A stretch of 64,000 nt of DNA from Patescibacteria group bacterium (GCA_023485845.1 JAMCZE010000010.1:89448-153447), one strand, 5' to 3'. Numbered from the stretch's first letter, positions 1 through 9,825 are shown. Numbers and translations: made by a program. Notes: generated by a model not told the origin, from the letters alone.

Positions 1-3
1 GCA

Positions 4-1011
4 ATGTCTAAAAAAAAGATAATTATCATCGGGATTTTGCTGGCCGGGGTGGCTATCTTGGCAAAGTTTTTTATTTTTAAATCCCCGGCCGTTGGGGCAA
101 CGTATACCGTTAAGCGGGAGACGCTGACACAGACGTTGTCGCTCTCGGGGCAAATTGCTGCTGATCAGGACGAGGTGCTGACTTTTCAAACCGGCGGCCA
201 ACTGGCTTGGGTGGGCGTGAAAGTTGGCGACCATGTCCAAAAATACCAAGCGATCGCCTCTCTGGACCAACGGGTGCTGCAAAAAAATTTGGAGACGGCG
301 CTTAATTCCTACCTCACCAATCGCTGGACTTTTGAACAAACTAAGGATAACTATAACGGCCAGGCGGTCACCACGGCGATCCAGCGTATTTTGGACCAGT
401 CGCAATTCTCGTTAAATAACACTGTGATTTCCGTGCAGTTGGCTGATCTGGCCAAACAGTTCGCCAACCTCTATGCTCCTTTCTCAGGCATCGTCGTTCG
501 CGTTGACGCGCCCGATCCGGGCGTTAATGTCACCGCTCTGACCACCGGCTTTGAAATTATTAATCCTGACTCGCTCTATTTCTCCGCCACCGCCGACCAA
601 ACCGATGTGGTTAACCTGTCCGCCTCCGCTGCCGGGCAAATCACGCTGGATGCTTATCCCGACCAAAATTTAGATTCCCGCATCACCAGCATTGCCTTCA
701 CTCCCAAGACCGGAGAGACCGGCACCGTTTATGAAGTAAAGATGACCCTGCCCTCCTATCAGCTGTCAGCTACAAGCTATAAGCTACGTCTGGGTATGAC
801 CGGCGATGTCAACTTTGTGACCCGCGAAACCCCCGATGCCCTGGCGGTGCCCACCAAGGACATCCACACCAATCCGGACGGCAGCAAATATGTTTTAGTG
901 AAGCAACAAAATAAATCCGTGGTTCGGCCAATCACCATTGGTGAAGTCTATGATAGCCAAACCCAGATTAACAGTGGCCTGGTGGTTGGCGACCAAGTCA
1001 TTGAACAATAA
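4..1011 (+). CDS. Periplasmic adaptor (HlyD/MacA-like membrane-fusion protein) of a tripartite efflux system
   Basis: N-terminal TM helix (IIIIGILLAGVAILAKFFIF), then a long periplasmic body. The stop overlaps the start of the downstream MacB-like ABC ATPase (ATGA at 1011). Confidence 0.6.
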   Translation: MSKKKIIIIGILLAGVAILAKFFIFKSPAVGATYTVKRETLTQTLSLSGQIAADQDEVLTFQTGGQLAWVGVKVGDHVQKYQAIASLDQRVLQKNLETALNSYLTNRWTFEQTKDNYNGQAVTTAIQRILDQSQFSLNNTVISVQLADLAKQFANLYAPFSGIVVRVDAPDPGVNVTALTTGFEIINPDSLYFSATADQTDVVNLSASAAGQITLDAYPDQNLDSRITSIAFTPKTGETGTVYEVKMTLPSYQLSATSYKLRLGMTGDVNFVTRETPDALAVPTKDIHTNPDGSKYVLVKQQNKSVVRPITIGEVYDSQTQINSGLVVGDQVIEQ

Positions 1012-1682
1012 TGATTGCTTTAACCAACGTCTCCAAAACCTACACCATCGATTCTGATCAGAAGTTCACCGCTTTACGTGATGTGAGTTTAACCATTGGT
1101 GACGGTCAGTTTTGCGCCATCACCGGCCCATCCGGCAGCGGCAAATCAACCTTGATGCACATCATCGGCTTGTTGGACCTGCCCACCGCCGGCAAAGTGA
1201 TCATTGAGAACACTGACGCTTCCCGCCTGTCTGACAGTCGGCTATCAAGGCTGCGCAACGAGCACATTGGTTTTGTTTTTCAGCAGTTTAACCTGTTACC
1301 TAAACTGTCAGTGCTAGAAAATATTCTACTGCCTTCTGTTTATGCTCGACATAAATTAACCTATGATCCGGTAAAAAAAGCCCACTATTTGTTGGAACGT
1401 TTTGGCATCGCTGAGAAAGCCCACTCCTTCCCCAACAAACTTTCCGGTGGGCAGCAACAGCGCGTTGCCATCGCTCGGGCACTTATCATGGAACCGAAAC
1501 TGGTTTTGGCTGATGAACCCACCGGCAATCTGGACACCGCCACCGGTGACGAAATCATGAAGTTATTGGCAGAACTAAACAAAGAAGAAAAAATTACTAT
1601 CATTATCGTTACCCACGAACATGATATTGCCAAAAAAACCAAACGGATCATAAAAATAAAAGACGGAATGATCGAGAAATAA
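1011..1682 (+). CDS. ABC transporter ATP-binding protein, MacB/LolD/FtsE family
   Basis: Walker [13 protein letters not shown] signature [15 protein letters not shown], Walker [13 protein letters not shown]. Confidence 0.9.
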   Translation: MIALTNVSKTYTIDSDQKFTALRDVSLTIGDGQFCAITGPSGSGKSTLMHIIGLLDLPTAGKVIIENTDASRLSDSRLSRLRNEHIGFVFQQFNLLPKLSVLENILLPSVYARHKLTYDPVKKAHYLLERFGIAEKAHSFPNKLSGGQQQRVAIARALIMEPKLVLADEPTGNLDTATGDEIMKLLAELNKEEKITIIIVTHEHDIAKKTKRIIKIKDGMIEK

Positions 1683-1683
1683 T

Positions 1684-1776
1684 TTAAAATTCAAAAATCA
1701 AAATGCAAAATTGCAATTCAAAATTAAAAATTTTAACTTGGCCTTTAACTTTTAATTTTTGACTTTTGATTTTGTG
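1684..1776. repeat. Copy A of a ~95-bp AT-rich near-palindromic intergenic repeat
   Basis: TTCAAAAATCAAAATGCAAAATTGCAATTCAAAATTAAAAATTTTAACTTGGCCTTTAACTTTTAATTTTTGACTTTTGATTTTG. Its 43-nt core is identical to copy C. Confidence 0.8.
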
Positions 1777-1778
1777 TC

Positions 1779-2981
1779 GTGAATTATTTTATTTTTATCC
1801 TTAAATCAGCGGTTTTTGATTTCTCCCGCAACAAGGGACGGACGTTTTTAACGTCCTTGGGGATTCTGATCGGTGTTTTTGCCGTGGTGTTATTGGTGGC
1901 CCTGGGCTTGGGGTTAAAAAAATATATTGATCAGCAATTCCAAAGCTTAGGCAGTAACCTCATCATGGTGATGCCCGGCAATGTGGTTTCCAACGGCAGT
2001 TTCTCCGGTTCCGCCCCGATCGGCATTTCTTTTGATAACAAAGACGTGGCTACTTTGAAGCGGGTGCCAAACGTTGATGCCGTTCTGCCATTTTATGTCA
2101 AATTTCTCACCGCCTCGGCCAACGGCAACAGCAAAAGTCTGGAAATGCTGGGCAGCACGGCCGATGTGGTCACTGCCATGAACTTGGAAATCGAATATGG
2201 TGAGCCGTTCACCAAAGCCGATTTTGAACGCGGGGCCAAAAGGGTGATCATTGGGCCCAACGTGGCGGACAAGCTCTATGGCAGCAGCCCCAACGCCGTG
2301 GGCCAGCCAATTAAGCTTTCCGATCAAGCCTACACGGTCGTTGGAGTGACCAAGAGCAAAGGGGGTGGTGGCATCGGCGGTTCCAGTATTGATGATCGGG
2401 TGTTTACTTCTTACACGGCTATGTACAGTCTTAACCCCGGAAAAAAATTCTACGCTATTTATTTAACAGTGAATTCGCAAGATAATCTCACTCAAGTTAA
2501 AACCGACAGTCGGACGGCTCTGCTTAAACGTTATAAACCGGATGATTTCTCGGTGGTGGAAGCGTCGGAATTTCTTTCCGCCATTAATTCCATTTTTGGC
2601 ATCATTAACTCCATTCTGGTCGCTATCGCCGCCATTTCCCTTCTGGTCGGCGGCATCGGGATCATGAATATCATGTATGTCACCGTCACCGAGCGAATCC
2701 GGGAAATCGGCATCCGCCGAGCGGTTGGGGCAACTCGCTCTGACATTCTGACACAATTCTTAGTGGAGTCAGTAATTTTATCAGTGTTCGGCGGTTTAGC
2801 CGGACTGATCCTGGCCTTTTTGGCCACCCTGGCCGTGCAAAGTGCTTTCCCGGCCTACATTGACACCCAATCTGTCGCTCTTGCTCTAGGAGTTTCTTCC
2901 GCCATTGGAATAATCTTCGGCGTTTTGCCCGCCCGCCGGGCGGCTAACCTTTCCCCCATCGAAGCCATCAGATACGAGTGA
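1779..2981 (+). CDS. ABC transporter permease, FtsX/MacB type
   Basis: N-terminal TM, large periplasmic domain, C-terminal FtsX-like 3-TM bundle (GIGIMNIMYVTVTERIREIGIRRAVGA). GTG start. Confidence 0.8.
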   Translation: MNYFIFILKSAVFDFSRNKGRTFLTSLGILIGVFAVVLLVALGLGLKKYIDQQFQSLGSNLIMVMPGNVVSNGSFSGSAPIGISFDNKDVATLKRVPNVDAVLPFYVKFLTASANGNSKSLEMLGSTADVVTAMNLEIEYGEPFTKADFERGAKRVIIGPNVADKLYGSSPNAVGQPIKLSDQAYTVVGVTKSKGGGGIGGSSIDDRVFTSYTAMYSLNPGKKFYAIYLTVNSQDNLTQVKTDSRTALLKRYKPDDFSVVEASEFLSAINSIFGIINSILVAIAAISLLVGGIGIMNIMYVTVTERIREIGIRRAVGATRSDILTQFLVESVILSVFGGLAGLILAFLATLAVQSAFPAYIDTQSVALALGVSSAIGIIFGVLPARRAANLSPIEAIRYE

Positions 2982-2989
2982 TTTCTTAC

Positions 2990-3121
2990 CTACTTTCTTG
3001 CTTTCCTACTTTTAGCTTTCCTGTGGCTCGGGTGATCGCACTTGGTGCAGACTTCAATGATCCCCAGTCCCTTGCCCGTGCGGCACATTAGACATTCGCA
3101 ATGCCAACCGTGTTTGGTCAT
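2990..3121 (-). CDS. Possible 43-aa zinc-ribbon-like small protein (MTKHGWHCECLMCRTGKGLGIIEVCTKCDHPSHRKAKSRKARK)
   Basis: Not in the ORF track because it is under 60 aa. Preceded by GGAGGTGAGAAT Shine-Dalgarno with correct spacing. Six Cys plus His in CxC/CxxC spacing, basic tail. Confidence 0.3.
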   Translation of the reverse strand: MTKHGWHCECLMCRTGKGLGIIEVCTKCDHPSHRKAKSRKARK

Positions 3122-3152
3122 ATTCTCACCTCCTGATATCAGTGTAACATTT

Positions 3153-3770
3153 TTACCGCAGTAATTCTTCCAGCCAAATCCACCAACTACCGGTCTTATC
3201 TAAAAATGCTGATGTTATCAGCTGAAACGTCCGGAATAAATCAAAGCCGCCAGGCACGTCTTTACTGGCGGCCACTCCTAACCCGCGATTGCACAGCCAA
3301 TTTTTGCCAACCACGTGGCCGGGCAGATCCCGCATAATCACACTTTTAATCCCCAATCCTGGCGCCAGCCTTACCAACTCGGCTGCTTTTGTCGCCGACC
3401 CCTTGGCCGCCGGCAGCCAATCAACATCTTGCGGCACCACGCCGTCTGATTGCAGGCGGGTGTTGACAGTTAAGCGATCAGCTCCTGTCCATTCGGGTTG
3501 GTCAAAAACTGCCACCCGACCGGCTCGTTTCGCACCATAATCCCCGGCCGCCTGATCCAGCAGTTCCATTTGTGTCGGGCCAACGTTTCCATCCACTCCC
3601 ATCACCACCACCGCATCCGCTCTCTTCCCCGAAAAACAACTAATCCGCGCCCCGGAAACCAAATAGTTCTCCACCCGCCAGGCACTGGGCTGGTCAACAT
3701 TAACCACTACGATCGCTAAAAGGCCAACCAAGGCCCCAATTTTCACCATTCTCGCCCATTCCGCAGTCAT
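3153..3770 (-). CDS. Membrane-anchored protein, possibly DUF218/YdcF-SanA family
   Basis: N-terminal TM, then ADAVVVMGVDGN... resembling the DUF218 core. Weak by-eye similarity only. Confidence 0.35.
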   Translation of the reverse strand: MTAEWARMVKIGALVGLLAIVVVNVDQPSAWRVENYLVSGARISCFSGKRADAVVVMGVDGNVGPTQMELLDQAAGDYGAKRAGRVAVFDQPEWTGADRLTVNTRLQSDGVVPQDVDWLPAAKGSATKAAELVRLAPGLGIKSVIMRDLPGHVVGKNWLCNRGLGVAASKDVPGGFDLFRTFQLITSAFLDKTGSWWIWLEELLR

Positions 3771-3953
3771 AGCCTATAATACCATATTGACATTTCGAGA
3801 TTTTCTGGTAAACTACAGCTAACAATTTAATAATAAGCGCCCGACTGGAGTCACGATCCAGGAGCTGAGAGCCAAAATGCTCTACGGAAGTTGAACCGTA
3901 AAAATACAACAACTGGTGTCGTTGTAAGACGGAGCCTGAAATAAGGTTAATTA

Positions 3954-3981
3954 ACCAGCCAACGGGCTGGTCTTTTTATGC
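3954..3981 (+). terminator. Intrinsic terminator (CCAGCC-AACG-GGCTGG, then TCTTTTTAT)
   Basis: GC stem, 4-nt loop and T-run, seen directly. About 190 nt downstream of a TTGACA/TAAACT promoter-like pair at 3789-3817. Confidence 0.55.
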
Positions 3982-4017
3982 CTTCTTTATTCCCCGTCTT
4001 TGCTCCAGTTTGAAGAT

Positions 4018-4091
4018 GGTGGCGGAAGTCCAACGGTTGAGACATCCGGCTGTGAACCGGATTCTGGCGGGTTCAATTCCCGTCCGCCACC
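4018..4091 (+). tRNA. tRNA-His (anticodon GTG)
   Basis: Cloverleaf folded by eye. Extra G-1 pairs with C73. Acceptor GTGGCGG/CCGCCAC. Anticodon arm TCCGG-CTGTGAA-CCGGA. T arm GCGGG-TTCAATT-CCCGT. CCA not fully encoded. Confidence 0.85.
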
Positions 4092-4094
4092 CAT

Positions 4095-4352
4095 ATGGAA
4101 AGAGAGCAAAAATTTATGCCCGAACTCTGGCAATTAAAACTTTACCCTGGCACAAGCGAGTCTAAAACAATTAGACAGGTTCTTGCTGAGGAAAACGAAA
4201 GGAAAGCCACAGAGGTTGTCGGGCGGTGGAATATTGCTATCAACATTAATCCAGAGGATATTTTAGCGAAAGTCAAACCCAGGGCCGAAAGTTGGAATAG
4301 CAATACCAGACTAACAGACTTTAGTAGATTGGCAACACTTGATCTTCTCTAA
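4095..4352 (+). CDS. Hypothetical protein (85 aa), tRNA-His-adjacent
   Basis: ORF only. Overlaps the next ORF by 14 nt in another frame. Confidence 0.3.
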   Translation: MEREQKFMPELWQLKLYPGTSESKTIRQVLAEENERKATEVVGRWNIAININPEDILAKVKPRAESWNSNTRLTDFSRLATLDLL

Positions 4353-4818
4353 TTGGTTATCTAACGTTATTGCTTATGAGACCCGTCGGGCAATTAAAGC
4401 CCGCCAAACAGCAACAGTCGAGAAAAGTAAATTTCAAGACCTTGCACTAAAAGCGACAATTCTTGAACTTAAAGGCAAACCAAGCGTTCGATATGGCGAC
4501 AGCTTTAACGAAACGGTTTGTCGGGAAGCCGATATTGAACGGACCGATCTGAAAACAGCTGAAGGGATAACCATAGCAAAGATTCGAGATGCGCAAACTG
4601 ATGCCGACCTCATCAAATTCTTAGCTGCCAAGTCAACCAAAGAAGAGGCTGCCAAGTTAATAAGACTAAACAATCAGGTTCAGAGATTTCTCCCCAACCA
4701 AGAGGCAGTTTTGCGATTTATCGCTCTCACGTTTGACAACAACGGGGGATACTCTGCATTGTCAGACCTAGACGCATATAAATCTGACCCAAAACTTGAG
4801 CCAGTCCCGGTTATATAA
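4339..4818 (+). CDS. Hypothetical protein (159 aa). May be a frameshifted continuation of 4095-4352.
   Basis: ORF only. No recognisable motif. Confidence 0.35.
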   Translation: MIFSNWLSNVIAYETRRAIKARQTATVEKSKFQDLALKATILELKGKPSVRYGDSFNETVCREADIERTDLKTAEGITIAKIRDAQTDADLIKFLAAKSTKEEAAKLIRLNNQVQRFLPNQEAVLRFIALTFDNNGGYSALSDLDAYKSDPKLEPVPVI

Positions 4819-4985
4819 GTATTATGGGGTTCCAGCTAATCTGACTATTTTTATCTCGGACACATTCCAGATACTGCAGCAATGTAAGGCAATTTGTCCA
4901 AGCGCGAAACCCAGCAGTCAAGGTCGCCCCTATATCAGAGGCAACCGCTGACAACCCGCTGTACACCCAGGTTAAAGAACGGGTT

Positions 4986-5348
4986 TTGGGGGCAGTTACC
5001 ACATTTCAAGATCGTGACTTTCGAGATAAATGGGCCGCTAAGTTCGAGGATGCCTTCGAAAAGATTTCTGAGAGCCAGGTAAAACGCAAACTCTTCCCTC
5101 CCGAACAAATGAGATCCGCCTCGCTGCGAATCGCCAAAAACATTTGGGCGGTCAACGCTGCCCAAGGAGCTATTTTCAGTCAGATGGGGGCTAACACTAT
5201 CTTATTAAGCACCGAAAAACGAGCTAGAGATCAAAACTACGTCATTAATAGTGAAACCGCGCAAGACTTTCCCCCTGTGCTTTATATTCTAAGCGCTGCG
5301 GAAAAATGGAATAGAAAACTAACTGCTGGTTTTTTTGATATTATTTAA
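4986..5348 (+). CDS. Hypothetical protein (120 aa)
   Basis: ORF only. Ends 4 nt before hisS. Confidence 0.35.
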   Translation: MGAVTTFQDRDFRDKWAAKFEDAFEKISESQVKRKLFPPEQMRSASLRIAKNIWAVNAAQGAIFSQMGANTILLSTEKRARDQNYVINSETAQDFPPVLYILSAAEKWNRKLTAGFFDII

Positions 5349-5351
5349 CTG

Positions 5352-6602
5352 ATGGCTAAATTAATTGAGCCGAGAACCCTGCCGGGATTCCGGGATTTTT
5401 TGCCGGAAGACATGGCCGTGCGAAAAAAAGTCATTACCACCCTCACCGGAGTCTTTGAAAAGTTCGGTTTCCAGCCGTTGGAAAACCCCACCCTTGAATA
5501 CCAGGACATTCTTTTGGGCAAAAGCGGGACGGAAGCGGAAAAATTAATGTATCTCTTTTCTGATCCTGGCGGCCGTGATGTCGGCATGCGTTATGAACTG
5601 ACGGTTTCCACCGCCCGGGTTTTGGCCCAATATCCCCAGCTGCCAAAACCGTTCAAGCGCTACCAAATTCAGCCGGTTTGGCGCGCCGACAAGCCACAAA
5701 AGGGCCGCTACCGGGAAATCACCCAATGCGACATTGATATTTTTGGAACCACCTCACTCCTGGCGGACGCGGAAATTCTGGCCGTGGTTTATGAAGGGCT
5801 GAGAGCTTTAGGCTTTGGGCAATTTACAATCCGCGTCAACAGTCGGGAGATTCTCTTTGCGACCATGGCTAATGCCGGGATATCATCCGCTAGCCAACAA
5901 TTAAGTGCGATTCAATCAATCGACAAGTTGGACAAAAAAGCCGAGGATGAAGTGCGAAATGAACTCTCCAAAAAGGATTTTGGCGCACCAATAATTGACA
6001 GGATTTTTGAGAATATAAAAATAAGCAAACCAAACAAAAATATCGCCGAGTTGCTAGACCTGGCAGAAAAACTTGGCGTGCCCAACGATTTTCTTAAATT
6101 TGATCCGACATTGTCACGCGGCTTAGATTATTATACCGGCGTGGTTTTCGAAACAGCTGTCACCCAGCCGAAAATTGGGTCGGTCACCGGGGGCGGCCGC
6201 TACGACAAACTCATTGGCAAATTCACCGGCCAGGACATGCCCGCCACGGGCACGTCGTTTGGCATTGACCGGATCTGTGATGTGATTACAGAGTTGAATC
6301 TTTGGCCGGATTTGCCCAGAACGGCCACAAAAATCCTGGTGACGATTTTTTCTTTGGAGTTATTTGACCAATCACTGAAATTGACTGACCAGTTGCGAAA
6401 GAAAAATATTAACGCCGAAATTTATCTTGACCCGGCCGCCAAGTTGGACAAACAGCTCAAGTATGCCGACCAAAAAGGCATTCCCTTTGCCGCCATCGTC
6501 GGCCCGGAGGAAGCGGCCAAAAACCAGGTGACGATTAAAAACCTAGCTACTAAACAGCAAAAAACGGTTCCGGCAGAGAACCTAACCGATGAACTTCGAT
6601 AG
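5352..6602 (+). CDS. hisS: Histidine--tRNA ligase
   Basis: Class II aaRS motifs. N-terminal FRDFLPEDM, RYELTVSTARV, QPVWRADKPQKGRYREITQCDIDIFG and C-terminal anticodon-binding domain all align with HisRS. Confidence 0.9.
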   Translation: MAKLIEPRTLPGFRDFLPEDMAVRKKVITTLTGVFEKFGFQPLENPTLEYQDILLGKSGTEAEKLMYLFSDPGGRDVGMRYELTVSTARVLAQYPQLPKPFKRYQIQPVWRADKPQKGRYREITQCDIDIFGTTSLLADAEILAVVYEGLRALGFGQFTIRVNSREILFATMANAGISSASQQLSAIQSIDKLDKKAEDEVRNELSKKDFGAPIIDRIFENIKISKPNKNIAELLDLAEKLGVPNDFLKFDPTLSRGLDYYTGVVFETAVTQPKIGSVTGGGRYDKLIGKFTGQDMPATGTSFGIDRICDVITELNLWPDLPRTATKILVTIFSLELFDQSLKLTDQLRKKNINAEIYLDPAAKLDKQLKYADQKGIPFAAIVGPEEAAKNQVTIKNLATKQQKTVPAENLTDELR

Positions 6603-7521
6603 CCGCGCCAAGGCCATCATCGCCGTTTTTGCCGCCCAAATTATCTGGGGCGTGGCCGGGCTCCTGGTGAAGATTGTCCTGGCCGATGTTCCCCCATTTA
6701 GCCTGCTTTTTTTCAGGAGCCTTCTGACCTGTCTGATTCTCTACCCCATCCTGGAATACCGAGTCATCAAAGGCGAACGTTTGCAAACGATCTCTTCCCA
6801 AGACAAATGGACCATTTTTTGGGCCGGGTTTACCGGGGTTTTTCTTAATATTGCCCTCTACTTTATCGGTCAAAAATTAACCACCGTCATCGATGCCTGG
6901 GTTATCAACTCCACCGGAGCACTCTTTGTTATCCTTATTTCCTATATTTTCATTCGCGAGCGGCTCAACAGAATAGTCTACTTTGGGGTTGCCCTGGCTT
7001 TTGTCGGCACACTGGTGATCATTGGCACCCCCGTTCTGGGCATTGGCAGCGGCAGCATTCCTGGGAACCTCCTTATACTTGGCAGCACGCTGGTTTTAGG
7101 CATTTCCTATGTTCTCACCAAAAGATTGATGGACCGCTTTTCACCCCTCCTGCTTGCTTACTATTTTTTCCTTATCGGGCTGTTTTTTTCTTTGCCTTTT
7201 TTCCTCTGGGAATATCTTCAAAATCCCGGTTGGATAGCCGCTTTATCCACTGGCTCTTGGTTAATTATTGCCTACCTTACCATCGGCTCTTCCATCATCG
7301 CCTACGCTCTGGATAACTTTGCTCTCATTCGCCTTTCCGCTTCTGCCGTGGCCACTGCCGGCTATATCAGTGTCGTTATTGCTCTGGGCCTAGGAATAAT
7401 TTTCCTTCATGAACAAATGACCCCCTTCTTTATCGCCGGCACCATCATCACCTTCTGCGGCCTTTTCCTAGCCGAAACCCGTCACCCTAACCATCCTCTT
7501 CACAAGCTCCGGAGGAAATAG
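6589..7521 (+). CDS. EamA/DMT-family transporter (10-TM)
   Basis: Two repeated 5-TM EamA-like halves. Highly hydrophobic. Confidence 0.75.
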   Translation: MNFDSRAKAIIAVFAAQIIWGVAGLLVKIVLADVPPFSLLFFRSLLTCLILYPILEYRVIKGERLQTISSQDKWTIFWAGFTGVFLNIALYFIGQKLTTVIDAWVINSTGALFVILISYIFIRERLNRIVYFGVALAFVGTLVIIGTPVLGIGSGSIPGNLLILGSTLVLGISYVLTKRLMDRFSPLLLAYYFFLIGLFFSLPFFLWEYLQNPGWIAALSTGSWLIIAYLTIGSSIIAYALDNFALIRLSASAVATAGYISVVIALGLGIIFLHEQMTPFFIAGTIITFCGLFLAETRHPNHPLHKLRRK

Positions 7522-7533
7522 TATAATCATCCT

Positions 7534-7836
7534 ATGAAGACAGGCATCCATCCCCAATATTACCCGGCGGCGCAAGTTGTTTGCGCTTGCGGTAACACGT
7601 TCACCACCGGCTCCACTAAGCCGCAAATTCGGGTGGAAATCTGTGCCAAATGCCATCCTTTTTACACCGGACAACAAAAATTCGTGGACACCGTCGGCAA
7701 AATTGAGCGCTTCCAAGCCAAACAAAAAGCCGCCGCCGCCAAACAGGCCGTGGCCAAACAGAAGAAAGTGAAACAGCAGGAAGAAGACAATCGCCCCAAG
7801 ACTCTTCGGGAAATGCTTTTGGCCGCCAAAGACTAG
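7534..7836 (+). CDS. rpmE: 50S ribosomal protein L31 with Lys/Ala-rich C-terminal extension
   Basis: [10 protein letters not shown]...CACGN...[10 protein letters not shown] matches the L31 zinc-ribbon signature. Confidence 0.9.
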   Translation: MKTGIHPQYYPAAQVVCACGNTFTTGSTKPQIRVEICAKCHPFYTGQQKFVDTVGKIERFQAKQKAAAAKQAVAKQKKVKQQEEDNRPKTLREMLLAAKD

Positions 7837-8709
7837 ATGGACTATCTCGAAAATCTCATTGCTGATCTGGACCAAAAAATTGCCCAGGCAAAACAACTGG
7901 CGCAAGATCCGGAGATGGCGGAAATGGCCCAGGAAGAAATTAAAAAACTGGAGGAAGAGAAAAGTGCCCTGGTTAAGCCGGCTGCTAGTCCCGAGCAGTC
8001 ACTTAACTCCCGCGATATCATAATCGAAATCAGGGGCGCGGCCGGGGGCGAAGAAGCCAAACTCTGGGGGCAAGATTTGCTGCGGACGTATTCCCGCTTT
8101 GCTCAAGCGCAAGGTTGGCGGGTAACCCCGGAAGGACCGCTCGCCATTAAAATTTCCGGTCGTGGCGTTTATGGCAAGCTGAAATATGAGTCCGGCGTCC
8201 ACCGGGTCCAGCGGGTGCCGGTGACAGAGTCATCAGGGAGAGTCCACACCTCCACCGCCACCGTGGCGGTTTTGCCGGAGTTGGAAGACGTGGACATTCA
8301 CATTGATCCGGCCGACATTCAGGAAGATTTCTACCGTTCCGGGGGTCACGGAGGTCAAAACGTGAACAAGGTGTCCTCAGCCGTCCGTCTCACCCACAAA
8401 CCCAGCGGTTTAGTTGTCACCTGCCAAGAAGAACGAGATCAGCCGAAAAACCGGGCTAAAGCTATGGAAAAACTGCGCCAACTGCTCTGGGAAGCGGAAC
8501 AAAACCGCCAACTGGCGGAAATGTCTGCCGACCGGCGGGCCCAGGTGGGCACGGGCATGAGAAACGAGAAAATCCGCACCTACAACTTCCTTCAGGACCG
8601 GGTCACAGACCACCGTCTTGACCAAAACTTCCACAACCTTGAAAAGATTATGGAGGGAGACCTAGAAGAAATAATTAAGAGCTTGACAGATAAGTTTGGG
8701 GCAATATAA
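7837..8709 (+). CDS. prfA: Peptide chain release factor 1 (short form)
   Basis: GGQ motif (SGGHGGQNVNK) and RF1-type PVT tripeptide (RVQRVPVTESSGRVHTS). Confidence 0.85.
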   Translation: MDYLENLIADLDQKIAQAKQLAQDPEMAEMAQEEIKKLEEEKSALVKPAASPEQSLNSRDIIIEIRGAAGGEEAKLWGQDLLRTYSRFAQAQGWRVTPEGPLAIKISGRGVYGKLKYESGVHRVQRVPVTESSGRVHTSTATVAVLPELEDVDIHIDPADIQEDFYRSGGHGGQNVNKVSSAVRLTHKPSGLVVTCQEERDQPKNRAKAMEKLRQLLWEAEQNRQLAEMSADRRAQVGTGMRNEKIRTYNFLQDRVTDHRLDQNFHNLEKIMEGDLEEIIKSLTDKFGAI

Positions 8710-8717
8710 TAAGGCAA

Positions 8718-9032
8718 ATGACTGAATTGCGAGAGTCGATTCCAATAAAAGGCCAGAAGCTTTGTAAACACCTATATGCTTGTGGCAATTGCCCAGTCGC
8801 CCAACGGCATCTCGGCATCGGAGCAATAATCCCCTTTGACCCCGAAGCAAATATGGAGTTGCCTCCGATGGCAATCACCGCCGCCGGAGACCACGGCTAT
8901 GAACTAAGAATTGGCGTGACAGGTCTTGGCTCCGGCGAAAGTCTACTTAGAGTAAACGCTTGCGACACGCCCGCGGCTAACGGCATCCAGGGTAGAGTCG
9001 GACTTTGCACCATACAGTGCTATCGTCAATAG
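8718..9032 (+). CDS. Hypothetical Cys-containing protein (104 aa)
   Basis: ORF only. Confidence 0.3.
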   Translation: MTELRESIPIKGQKLCKHLYACGNCPVAQRHLGIGAIIPFDPEANMELPPMAITAAGDHGYELRIGVTGLGSGESLLRVNACDTPAANGIQGRVGLCTIQCYRQ

Positions 9033-9069
9033 GCATAAACTTGCCGCCGGTTAGAAACGCCAAGACAAC

Positions 9070-9825
9070 ATGCAGGAAACTAAGAAAGATTATCGAATCC
9101 GCCAAGCAACCATTAGCTACCGATCGGCCGAGCTCCACGGAGCAAAAGTCATTCAGGGTGTTTGCAGAGCTCAATGCTCTAAAGCAGACGGTTGCCAGCC
9201 AGACAGCAAGGTTACTTCTAAAGAGGCTTGCAGTGTTGGTGGTTTAAGAATGCACTATTGGCCAGTAATAATCGGTTTTGACGCTACCGGAACGAAACCT
9301 TGCCTTCTGGAATGGGAAGGATATTCACAAAGATATTGGCCGATGAAAGAGATTGAGAAAAATATGTCTGAGGATCCGGCTCTTCAAGAATTTGGTAAGG
9401 CAATTAAGACCTTGGCGACTAACACCTTTCTGGAATATCTCAACGATTTAAGAGGTCAACCATCTCCCAAGCGCCTGTCCGCTTCAACCCGATGCGGGCG
9501 CACCGTCAATCTAAAAGATGTGGTTGCCTACCTTGAACTGGTAGCAGATGAATCGGCGCCGCAGGTGGAAACGGATCAGCAGCTAGACAAAGGACTTATC
9601 CAGTATTACCAATGGCTAGAATCGCTCGGGAAGACGAGATTGCTTAATCTTTATTCAAGCGCGCTTCAAACACTTACAGGCGAAAAGAATCCCACAAAAG
9701 AAGAGGTTGCCAAACTACAACTTATTGGCCAGCGACTGGAAGAACTTGGAGTAACTACTTTTCAAGTGACTCCTGAATCGCATCAACCTGCCGTTTCCCA
9801 AAAGCAGCTTCCCACCGGAAAATAA
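9070..9825 (+). CDS. Hypothetical protein (251 aa)
   Basis: ORF only. A hairpin CTTTTG-GTTG-CAAAAG follows the stop. Confidence 0.4.
   Translation: MQETKKDYRIRQATISYRSAELHGAKVIQGVCRAQCSKADGCQPDSKVTSKEACSVGGLRMHYWPVIIGFDATGTKPCLLEWEGYSQRYWPMKEIEKNMSEDPALQEFGKAIKTLATNTFLEYLNDLRGQPSPKRLSASTRCGRTVNLKDVVAYLELVADESAPQVETDQQLDKGLIQYYQWLESLGKTRLLNLYSSALQTLTGEKNPTKEEVAKLQLIGQRLEELGVTTFQVTPESHQPAVSQKQLPTGK

Noticed and set aside
4018-4093. Initially read ...GGGTTCAATTCCCGTCCGCCACCCA as the 3' end of a tmRNA
   Set aside because: A complete 74-nt cloverleaf with a GTG anticodon and G-1 is present locally. It is tRNA-His. No tmRNA body lies upstream.
7468-7905. 145-aa minus-strand ORF spanning rpmE and the prfA start
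   Set aside because: It overlaps two confident plus-strand genes. Phe/Gly-rich shadow translation.
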